From a virus (taxonomy: Duplodnaviria; Caudoviricetes), in IMG/VR virus record IMGVR_UViG_3300037467_002840, positions 1-29,433 of that record: 29,433 nt of DNA; one strand, given 5' to 3'. A model generated the notes under the pieces. It was not told the origin of the DNA, searched no databases, and was given only the letters and a program-made list of their open reading frames with translations. Each line of letters starts with the position of its first letter. The first letter of the stretch is position 1. The position numbers were made by a program, and so were the translations under genes. Of the stretch, positions 15,471 to 23,803 are shown in pieces.

Positions 15471-16027
15471 ATAATCCTGAATACATAGTTGTCGATGAAT
15501 TGGGCGTAAAGGACGAGTCGGACCAACTGAGTGGCGGCGTTCTTTTCAAGGTGAAAGAGGCCTTGCAGTTAGAGGTGCTCAATTACCAGTACGGCTATGT
15601 AGAGGAGCTGAATCAAACCCTCACGCAATGGGCGAAGGATCCGGAATATTCCCTTCTTCGCTTCCCTTTGGTGTGGGTGATGCAGCCCTTCACGATTGTT
15701 CGTGGTAAACCTGGAATTTATGGATCGGTGGAAGGTCTTCGAATCTTTATCATCAACAGTAGTCAGAAAACCCTTCGGGCCGCGGAAAGGATGCAGGGAA
15801 ACTTCAAAGAAGTGATCTATCCGATTTACCGGGAGCTATTGAATCAATTAAACGAGTCAGTGGCATTTGTGGATGCGCCCCAGCGCAAACACCGGTTCAC
15901 GGACCGCTACTACTGGGGAGAGGCGCAACAATCTGTCCTAAGCGATGTAGTCGATTGTTCCGAAATCTCAAATCTCGAACTGGATATTCATAATAATCAA
16001 AATTGTCCACCATTTAAAAGCTTTTAA
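15467..16027 (+). CDS. Putative tail terminator/neck protein
   Basis: 186 aa, TTG start in a TTGA overlap; directly before the major tail gene; FPLVWVMQP. Confidence 0.55.
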   Translation: MNNPEYIVVDELGVKDESDQLSGGVLFKVKEALQLEVLNYQYGYVEELNQTLTQWAKDPEYSLLRFPLVWVMQPFTIVRGKPGIYGSVEGLRIFIINSSQKTLRAAERMQGNFKEVIYPIYRELLNQLNESVAFVDAPQRKHRFTDRYYWGEAQQSVLSDVVDCSEISNLELDIHNNQNCPPFKSF

Positions 16028-16029
16028 TA

Positions 16030-16980
16030 ATGAGCGATATCATAAATGTAGCCAACTGTGCCAGGCAAGACTCAGTCTTCAACGTTGGTGTACCACCTTG
16101 CGACCTGGCCAAAGGAAAAATCAAAGGCGTCATCTTTGCTGACAAGGGCGTGACCTTCTCAGCTGCCGATTGCGCCTCGGCCGCCGCTTTCATTGCAGCG
16201 GTAAAAACCAAGACCACCGCTGCCCGTGGCGGCCGTGTTTATCCCATCTGGGATCTTTTGAACTTTGAAGACAATACCGGTGACCCCTCCACTGGTTCAG
16301 TAGGTAACCTCTCTACGGCTACCATCGTAACCTCGGACGCCGTTCCGGCCTTCTCTTTTGGTTATAATGGTACAGAAGCCCGCCACCGTAGAATGGCAGA
16401 AATGGCCGGCGCTTCCCTGGATATCTTTTTCGTTGATGACAAGTTCGCCGTGTATGGCACCCTGGTAGAAGGGGAGTTTGCAGGCTTCTCTGTGCTGCAG
16501 GCCTATGTGGATACCTCGAAGTTCATCGTATCGGATTCGGTGAACCAATACCGTTTCCGCGTCACCCTGGGCTCTATCTCCGAGTACCGTGAGAACTCCG
16601 CCTATGTAGTGGCGAACAGCGGTATCACCGCTGCTGCCGGTTTGGTGAACGTGAATTTGTCCGTGCTGTCCAACGCCTCCAACGTTTATAAAATCAAGTT
16701 TGTAGCTGATGGCGGTACCGATCTGGAACCCCTGTATGGGGCGACTGTGGCTGGTCTTACGTTCACGGCTGAAAACCTGGAAACCGGTGCTGCCTTCACC
16801 GTGACTTCGGTGGCGGATGATACAGCTTTGGATGCACTGACTGTAACGCTGGATTCTACTGCCTATGGGCTTTTGGCCAGTGGTGACAGGGTGCAACTCA
16901 ATGGGCCTTTGGCCGCTGCTTTGGCCGGTGCGGGTGTGAAGCCTTACGAGTTCCAGCCGGTGATCATCACCAAGCCATAA
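16030..16980 (+). CDS. Major tail (tube) protein with C-terminal beta-rich extension
   Basis: 316 aa, Ala/Thr/Val-rich; followed by a strong hairpin, as expected for a high-copy structural gene; position. Confidence 0.7.
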   Translation: MSDIINVANCARQDSVFNVGVPPCDLAKGKIKGVIFADKGVTFSAADCASAAAFIAAVKTKTTAARGGRVYPIWDLLNFEDNTGDPSTGSVGNLSTATIVTSDAVPAFSFGYNGTEARHRRMAEMAGASLDIFFVDDKFAVYGTLVEGEFAGFSVLQAYVDTSKFIVSDSVNQYRFRVTLGSISEYRENSAYVVANSGITAAAGLVNVNLSVLSNASNVYKIKFVADGGTDLEPLYGATVAGLTFTAENLETGAAFTVTSVADDTALDALTVTLDSTAYGLLASGDRVQLNGPLAAALAGAGVKPYEFQPVIITKP

Positions 16981-16999
16981 TCAGGGATTTAATAAACCT

Positions 17000-17037
17000 G
17001 AAGTAAGCTGCTTGCGATAGCAGCAGCTTACTTCTTT
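17000..17037 (+). terminator. Hairpin/terminator after the major tail gene
   Basis: Perfect 13 bp stem GAAGTAAGCTGCT / AGCAGCTTACTTC with a 9 nt loop, then TTT. Confidence 0.75.
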
Positions 17038-17063
17038 AAAAGTTTCACCTGCAATTTTTAATC

Positions 17064-17291
17064 ATGAAGCATATTTCAGTATTCGTAGACGGCCACCACC
17101 TGCATGCCCGCCACTTTGCCGCCTTTTCCGAGGAAGAAGGCGTAAAAAAGTTTTTGGCCGATGGCATTACTAAAGATGAAAAGTGGGCCAAACGGGCGCA
17201 TGCCGCCTGTGTGAAAGCGGTGAAGGACTCTGAACCCAAAGCGGAAACCAAGCCTGTAAAAACGAAAGCAAGCGAAGAGACTGAAAAGTAA
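17064..17291 (+). CDS. Small hypothetical protein
   Basis: 75 aa; TAATG-coupled to the next gene. Confidence 0.7.
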   Translation: MKHISVFVDGHHLHARHFAAFSEEEGVKKFLADGITKDEKWAKRAHAACVKAVKDSEPKAETKPVKTKASEETEK

Positions 17292-17761
17292 TGACCATCG
17301 GACGGCTCATATCGAACCTTGATAAGATCGACCTTGAAAAGGTTGTGCAGGAAGTTGTGACTGAAACAAAAGACGAAATCTTGCATGCACAACGCGAACA
17401 ACTTTTAGAGGGTAAGCTTTCCACAGGCCAGGATATAACGCCGTCTTATTTGGAAGACCCATACTTTAAATCGAGGGAATCGGCACAGCGGTATTCGGAT
17501 TGGAAGGACAAGATCACACCCAACCCCAAGCGAAAGAAAGGCGTACCCAACCTCTTTATCGTAGGGACCTTTCATAATAGTATTTCGGTGGATGTGACGA
17601 CAAATAGCGTGGTGTTTGATGCGTCCTTTAAAAAGCCGGATATCATCCGGAAGTTCAGTGAAAACATTTTTGGATTAAACCCGGAAAAGGCAGGTCAGTA
17701 TTCCCAGGAACACTTAGCACCCGAGGCAACCAGGCGAATCCGTAAAAAGATTTTTCAGTAA
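17291..17761 (+). CDS. Putative tail completion protein (HK97 gp10-like)
   Basis: 156 aa; PNLFIVGTFHNSI, ENIFGLNPE; position in the tail module. Confidence 0.55.
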   Translation: MTIGRLISNLDKIDLEKVVQEVVTETKDEILHAQREQLLEGKLSTGQDITPSYLEDPYFKSRESAQRYSDWKDKITPNPKRKKGVPNLFIVGTFHNSISVDVTTNSVVFDASFKKPDIIRKFSENIFGLNPEKAGQYSQEHLAPEATRRIRKKIFQ

Positions 17762-17772
17762 TACTAAATCCA

Positions 17773-17988
17773 ATGGCTTGTGAATCCTGTACACAAAAAC
17801 TCAAGGAAGCAAATGAAGCCAAAAATAAAATTGTTGACGAGGCTCAGGCGATGGCTAACCGAGATGGAGTATGGTACGGCATATACACCGACGAGAAGGG
17901 AGTCGAGCGAATCATCAGAGCCGACCTTGCCCAAAACTACCCCATCCGAAAGTACGTTTCACCAAAGCTGCCGGACGCTTCTATATAG
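17773..17988 (+). CDS. Small protein with N-terminal CxxC (possible first tail assembly chaperone ORF)
   Basis: MACESC..., 71 aa, good A-rich start context. Confidence 0.6.
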   Translation: MACESCTQKLKEANEAKNKIVDEAQAMANRDGVWYGIYTDEKGVERIIRADLAQNYPIRKYVSPKLPDASI

Positions 17989-18553
17989 CTCGTTTGTGGA
18001 CATCCTGGTGAGTGGTGACCTGACCAAATTGGTCATCAACGGCACCCCAACGGAGGAAGATCTGGCTTCGGCCTGGGACGATATCCTTCAGGAATATTCT
18101 GATCTGATCAAAACAGAGAAAACAACCAATGTTTTCGACTTATATAAAAGACTGACAACAACGCGGTTCAAACTGGCCTATCTGGGGTGGACCCTTTCCT
18201 TCCTTAAAGTGGAATACAAAAGGGAATACGCAGAACGAATTTCCTCAATGGGGTATGATCTGATAGAGGATTTGGAAGATAGAGAGGCTTACCTGCGTCA
18301 AATCTACATGGTGGAAAATGATGCGAAGTTTTTGGTAGTGCAGCTTAACCAGCTATCCAATGAGTATAAACTTTTAAACCCCGGATCTGGAAACCAGGAA
18401 GCTGAAAGAACCGAAATGGACTATCAAAAAGAACTGGCCATTCTTTCCCGCTTTATGGGTAGGTGGATTCAGGCGGAAGAGATCACTGTTTTTAAATTCT
18501 GTTCAATTGTAAATGCCTATCTCGAATATCACAAAAGAGAGGTAGTAAAATAA
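17864..18553 (+). CDS. Pre-tape-measure protein (putative tail assembly chaperone); start uncertain
   Basis: Frame open from 17780, with ATGs inside the upstream gene (last one at 17864). Protein-like sequence from about TFHQSCRTLLYSSF onward. Stop is 6 nt before the tape measure start. Confidence 0.6.
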   Translation: MEYGTAYTPTRRESSESSEPTLPKTTPSESTFHQSCRTLLYSSFVDILVSGDLTKLVINGTPTEEDLASAWDDILQEYSDLIKTEKTTNVFDLYKRLTTTRFKLAYLGWTLSFLKVEYKREYAERISSMGYDLIEDLEDREAYLRQIYMVENDAKFLVVQLNQLSNEYKLLNPGSGNQEAERTEMDYQKELAILSRFMGRWIQAEEITVFKFCSIVNAYLEYHKREVVK

Positions 18554-18559
18554 GTCACC

Positions 18560-21500
18560 GTGAGCGAACAACTGTTTAATCATTTTGCGGACCTTGCCGC
18601 CCTCCAAAAAGAAAAGGAGGACGTCAAAAAGATCTTCAAGGAAATTGAAGATGGAATTCAAAGGCTATCCGGCCTTGGGTTCAATATTGAGTCCGCTAAA
18701 GGGATTACTCAATTGAACGCTGCAAACCGGGAACTGGAAAAAGCCCAAAACCAACTACTGGCTTCTCAAAGAAAACTCGAAGAACAGGAAAAGAAACTGG
18801 CTGCGCTTACGGCCGATAATATCCGGCTCTCCAAACAAGGCGCTGCTGCTACGAACGAAGAGGCAAAAGCCTACGATGGTTTAACTAACGCTCAGGAAAA
18901 GAGTTACCAGGGCGGACTTCGCGCAGCTGAACGGCTTTTGGATTTAAAGGCCAGGCTGGAAGAGGTCCGTGAAAGCATGAAAAAAATCAAGGACTTTGGC
19001 GATGTAGTAAATGTCAGTCCTGAATTAAAAGCCGAGTTGGTTGGATTGACCGAGGAAGAGTCCAGGCTGAAATATGAGATTCAGGAAACGACCCGCATAT
19101 TAAAAAACCAATCAAAGGAATTCTTGTCTGCATCTCACAGTATTGATGCTGCCGAGGCACAACTGGTACAGCTACGTGCCAGGCGGGATAATTTAGATGT
19201 AAGTACAGACAGTGGTAAAAAAGTTAGAGACGAACTCAACTCCCAGATAGATGCGCTGGATGAATTTATAAAGGCCAATACTGATACTTTCACTAATGTA
19301 AAGATCAATATCGGTAACTACGCCAACTCCCTGGCGCCATTCTTTAATGCTTTATCTCAGCAAATCGAAAAGCTGAAGAGTGAGCAAAAAGGCCTTCAGG
19401 ACCTTCGCACTTCCAATCCGATCGGTTTTCAGTTGGGTGGTGGGGAAGATAGACTTAACCAGGTCAATGCCCAACTGCAGGAATACAACAACATTCAACA
19501 GGTAGGTTTTAAGCTTACCGGTAATTATGTTCAGCAAGTCCATACCCTGGAAAATGCTTTTGAGGATTCTGCCAAAAAAGGGAACCTGGCTGCTGAATCT
19601 GTCTCAGAGCTTCGAGGGGAGTTATCCAAAGCCAAAGGCGCTTATGTGGGCACCTTCAGTGGAGCCTTTGATGTATTGGTGCATGAACTGGATCAGGTCC
19701 GGGCCAAATTGAAAGATCCTTCTTTAAGTGGAGAGCAGCTAAAGCAACTGCAAAAAGAAGAACAACTTCTTACCCAGCTTACCGAGCAATTACAGCAAGG
19801 ATTCAGCAGTACGGTAAAAGAACTCCGTACCATGACCGAGGTGAGTAAAAGGCTGGGGACAGAGTTCGGTACAGATAGTGAGATTTTCCTGGCGTTCGCC
19901 GAGCAGGTAGGTAATGCTAAAAACGAGTTAGGGGATGTACAACAGATCCTAAAACAAAAGGCTTCTGATACCAAGTTCCTGGATAGTGCTGTAGCCTCAG
20001 TCAATGCGTTGGCTGGTGCCTATAGTGCCGCCCAGGGAGCGCAGGCCCTCTTTGGCGATGGCTCAGAGGATGTGCAGCGCACCATGATCAAGCTACAGGC
20101 ACTACTTACCATCGTAAACGGTCTGCAATCCATTCAAAATGCCCTGCAAACAGAAAGTGGTGTTGTGCAAGGCGTACTGGCTGCAAAACTTGGATTGGTG
20201 AATGCTGCCAAAGCTTTGCAGGCCCGCTTTTCTTCTCAAACCGCCGTTGCCATTAAGACGGAAGCTGCTGCCCACTTGGAAAACGCAGAAGCTATGGAGG
20301 CGGAAATGGCAGTCCAGCAGGGAGCGGATGTGGCAGGAGCGGCCGGCGCTGAAGTAGCCGAAGTTACCACTGCTGCCACAGAAGCACAGGAAAAACTGGC
20401 TGAAGCCAAAGAAGCAGTAAATGCCGTCACCGAAGCCAGTGAGGCTATTAAGACTAAGGACGTGGTAGCAACTGAGGCACAAACCGGTGCCACTGTGGAA
20501 AATGCCGCGGCCACCGAGGGAGACAGTGCTGCCAAAAGCGAAAACTCCGCTGTGCAACTGCTACTCACAGCCCGTACTTGGCTGCTCAATGCAGCCAAGA
20601 CTGTACAAGCCAAACTTTTTGGAGTCTCCGCAGCTGCAGCACAAGCAGAAGCAATTGCCGTAGGAGAGACAGCAGTAGCAGCAGAAGCGTCTGCCGTGGC
20701 CCAAGCGGAGAATGCCGCTGCCACACAAGCTGCAGTTGTAGCCGAAGGGGAGATGGCCGCTGCTGCCGGTACAGCTGCCGTAGCCATGGAAGGCGAAGCC
20801 GCTGCCGCAGTAGCAGCAACAGGTGCTACAACTGCATTTAGTACTGTTTTAATTGCCTCTGGTATCGGGGCTGCAATTGCCGCCATTATTGCGGGTGTGG
20901 TGTATCTGGTCTCCAAGATCAATGAGTGGGTGGGGGCAGGAGAGAAGGCCTTAAAGCTGCAAAACGATTTGGCCGATGCTACCAAGTCTTTGAACGATAC
21001 ACTGATAGAGCAGGCCAATCTGTATGGTTCTTCCGATCAAAGCCTGCGCAAGTTTTTACAAGGTCAGGTAGATGCAGCCTCGAAAGCTGGTCTATCGCAG
21101 GCCAAGCAATTTGCCCTTAAAAAACAACTGGCCAAAGAAGAGCAACGCCTGGCCAATGAGCAGGTCGACTTGTTGGGAGCTACCAATGCCGCTCAAGCCA
21201 AATCGCTTACCACGCTTGAGAATATCAACGATAAGAAAGTATATATTCAAAAGCAATACAACCAGGCGATAGCCAATGAGCTTGCGATAGCCCAAAGGCA
21301 TAATAATGCTGTAAAGAATGGAGATGTCAAGCAGCAGCTACAAACAGGGAAGGAAAAGCAGGATAATGAAAAGCAGATTGAGGTTCTGGGTAAGATTTTA
21401 GAGAGTTATCAAAAACAATATGACACAGAAAAATCGATTTACGATCAACGGGAACAGGCCCGCCAGGCAAGGGATGCGGCTAATAAAAATGTAGCGGATC

Positions 21501-23803
21501 TCACGACAGAAGAAGCCAAGTTCAATGCCGATGAACAGCGCAAATTGATTTTGGAAACCACCCGCATTGAGGTGGAAGCCACGCAGGATAAAAACAACCT
21601 GATATTATCCAATGAGCGCAGCACCTTAGGCCAGCGTATTGCAGCGCTGAAAGAAAATCTGACGGCTCAAAAAAGACTGATAGAAGCGGAGAAAACCAAT
21701 GTGCTGAATGATCCTTCGACCAGTGTGGTGGATAAAGCCATTGCCATTCGTAAGGCCGCGCAGCAAGAGATCAAGGCCACTCAGGAAACGCAAAAAGCCA
21801 TCACAGACACCCAAGAAAGTTTCAGGTTACGGGACCTGCAAGCCCAAAAAGATATACTGGAACAAAAACTCCAACTGGAGATTTCGACCAATAAAGCCGT
21901 TGCCGCCAATAGTGTCTTTACCTACGAGCAGCGCCTGCATGCTTTGCAGCAATATACTGCCGATGAAAAAAGACTACTGGATGCCAACTATAAACTAAAG
22001 CTCCAACAGGCGGGTATTTCCGACACGGACATTGAAAAGCTGCAGCAGGATAGTCATTATAAAGTTCAGAATAAGAAGATCACCGATGAGGAACTCTTGC
22101 GCCTGGAAAAGGAATACGAAAACGGGGTATTACAACTTTCTGTAAATACCAATAAGGCCGTTACCGACCTACTGAAGCAGGAACTGGACAAACAAAAAAA
22201 TATTAGGGCGGAGCACATCCAGGCCATTAAGCAACTCTTTGACTCCGTTGGGGTAGGTGCTTCCAATAAATACGCCGGAGATGTACAGGCGCTGAATAAT
22301 TCACTGCTCAAGCAAGAGATATCGGTCAAGGAATACAACAAGCGCCGTCTGAAACTGGACGCTGAATTCCAAAGGGATTTGGAAGCTTCCCGTATCAGTG
22401 CCATTCAGCAGGAACTCAACGAATACACGGACGCCGAAGAAAAGAAGATCCAGGCACAGGCCAAGGTGGATACTATTAAGCAACAGCTGGAAAAAGAATC
22501 CGATCCTGATAACCAGATCCGGTTGTCGAATGCCCTGGATGTGGCCCAAAAGGAACTGGACATTGCCAAAGAATCGGTCAATAGCAAAATTGCGCTGGAG
22601 CAGAAACTGGCGGATGCAAGGGTAGCCGTTCAAAAAGAAGCCACTGCTAAACTTATTGAACTCAACCAGCAACTGGAAAACAAGTACGCAGAGCTGGTCA
22701 GCCAGGTACTGGAAACCTTTACCGCTATTGGTGATGGTGTGTACGACTCGCAAAAGAACGACCTGCAGGATCAAATCGACCAGATCGAAAAAGTAAAAGA
22801 GGCCGACATTGACCGCATCAACGCCTCTGGTGATGCGGAAGAAACCAAGGCTGCCCGCGTAAAACTGGTAGAAGCCAAGGCGCAATCGGATAAGGAAGCG
22901 TTGGAGCGTAGACAAAAACAACTCGACAGGCAAAAAGCCATCTTTGACCGTACCTTCAAGGTCTTCCAGGTAACCACCTCCGGTATTGAAAGTGTGGCCA
23001 AGATCAAAGCAACGGTTGCCGAGTTAACTGCCAAATCGGTCGCCAACCCTTTGCTCGCACCGTTGATCCCGATAGCGGCCGCTCAGATCCCGCTTACCAT
23101 TGCCACTACAGCGGCGCAGATCGCAGCCCTGTTAGCTACTCCGATACCGAAGTTTGCCCGCGGTACCCAGCACTCACCGGAAGGCTGGGCGATCGTAGGG
23201 GAGGCCGGACGCGAGTTTGTGGAAACCCCTAAAGGCGAAAGTAAACTGGTAGACAAACCTACCCGGCTCTGGCTGGATAGGGGAAGTAAGGTCCTTCCCA
23301 ACCCGGTCACCGAAAAGATGATCCAAAGCGGAGTAAAGCCTTCGCAAAAGCCGCTGGTGTACAGCCTGTTTCCCTTCCTTAAGCCCAAAGTAAAAGCTAT
23401 TCCAACTATAGCGCAGCTACCCGTATTTGACGTAGCGCCTATCCCTGTCCGTAAGTTCTATGAGGAAAAGAAAAGCCAGGTAAAGGCAAGCACGCAAAAG
23501 GTGGAAAGTAAAAGAACTGCATCTAAATCACTATTGGAGCTATCAAGGGAAACCAAGGTTAGTATTACCGCTCATCGTGTGGTCAGTGATCTGTCCCGCG
23601 CCGCTCAAAGTGATGTTACCCGGGTGATGAGCACACCACCAAAGATGGAGAAGGGGAATCATCAAAACAGCGTAGAAGTACTGGAAGAAATCAAAAAAAC
23701 CAACAAGGAACTAAAAGAACTCAATAAAAAATCGCGGATCGTGATCGTTAACGAGCCCTCCATTGAGAGCTCCGCTTATTATCAACAGCAAATGAAGTAT
23801 TAA
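18560..23803 (+). CDS. Tail tape measure protein
   Basis: 1747 aa coiled-coil, Ala/Gln/Glu/Lys-rich; KINIGNYA; hydrophobic segments; C-terminal PIPKFARGT...AIVGEAGREFV. Confidence 0.92.
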   Translation: MSEQLFNHFADLAALQKEKEDVKKIFKEIEDGIQRLSGLGFNIESAKGITQLNAANRELEKAQNQLLASQRKLEEQEKKLAALTADNIRLSKQGAAATNEEAKAYDGLTNAQEKSYQGGLRAAERLLDLKARLEEVRESMKKIKDFGDVVNVSPELKAELVGLTEEESRLKYEIQETTRILKNQSKEFLSASHSIDAAEAQLVQLRARRDNLDVSTDSGKKVRDELNSQIDALDEFIKANTDTFTNVKINIGNYANSLAPFFNALSQQIEKLKSEQKGLQDLRTSNPIGFQLGGGEDRLNQVNAQLQEYNNIQQVGFKLTGNYVQQVHTLENAFEDSAKKGNLAAESVSELRGELSKAKGAYVGTFSGAFDVLVHELDQVRAKLKDPSLSGEQLKQLQKEEQLLTQLTEQLQQGFSSTVKELRTMTEVSKRLGTEFGTDSEIFLAFAEQVGNAKNELGDVQQILKQKASDTKFLDSAVASVNALAGAYSAAQGAQALFGDGSEDVQRTMIKLQALLTIVNGLQSIQNALQTESGVVQGVLAAKLGLVNAAKALQARFSSQTAVAIKTEAAAHLENAEAMEAEMAVQQGADVAGAAGAEVAEVTTAATEAQEKLAEAKEAVNAVTEASEAIKTKDVVATEAQTGATVENAAATEGDSAAKSENSAVQLLLTARTWLLNAAKTVQAKLFGVSAAAAQAEAIAVGETAVAAEASAVAQAENAAATQAAVVAEGEMAAAAGTAAVAMEGEAAAAVAATGATTAFSTVLIASGIGAAIAAIIAGVVYLVSKINEWVGAGEKALKLQNDLADATKSLNDTLIEQANLYGSSDQSLRKFLQGQVDAASKAGLSQAKQFALKKQLAKEEQRLANEQVDLLGATNAAQAKSLTTLENINDKKVYIQKQYNQAIANELAIAQRHNNAVKNGDVKQQLQTGKEKQDNEKQIEVLGKILESYQKQYDTEKSIYDQREQARQARDAANKNVADLTTEEAKFNADEQRKLILETTRIEVEATQDKNNLILSNERSTLGQRIAALKENLTAQKRLIEAEKTNVLNDPSTSVVDKAIAIRKAAQQEIKATQETQKAITDTQESFRLRDLQAQKDILEQKLQLEISTNKAVAANSVFTYEQRLHALQQYTADEKRLLDANYKLKLQQAGISDTDIEKLQQDSHYKVQNKKITDEELLRLEKEYENGVLQLSVNTNKAVTDLLKQELDKQKNIRAEHIQAIKQLFDSVGVGASNKYAGDVQALNNSLLKQEISVKEYNKRRLKLDAEFQRDLEASRISAIQQELNEYTDAEEKKIQAQAKVDTIKQQLEKESDPDNQIRLSNALDVAQKELDIAKESVNSKIALEQKLADARVAVQKEATAKLIELNQQLENKYAELVSQVLETFTAIGDGVYDSQKNDLQDQIDQIEKVKEADIDRINASGDAEETKAARVKLVEAKAQSDKEALERRQKQLDRQKAIFDRTFKVFQVTTSGIESVAKIKATVAELTAKSVANPLLAPLIPIAAAQIPLTIATTAAQIAALLATPIPKFARGTQHSPEGWAIVGEAGREFVETPKGESKLVDKPTRLWLDRGSKVLPNPVTEKMIQSGVKPSQKPLVYSLFPFLKPKVKAIPTIAQLPVFDVAPIPVRKFYEEKKSQVKASTQKVESKRTASKSLLELSRETKVSITAHRVVSDLSRAAQSDVTRVMSTPPKMEKGNHQNSVEVLEEIKKTNKELKELNKKSRIVIVNEPSIESSAYYQQQMKY

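Noticed and set aside
16297-16896. 199 aa antisense ORF in the major tail gene
   Set aside because: Shadow ORF with no start context or motifs.
20102-22933. Long antisense ORFs (151, 260, 210 aa) within the tape measure
   Set aside because: Explained by the biased Ala/Gln/Glu codon content of the sense gene, which depletes antisense stops.
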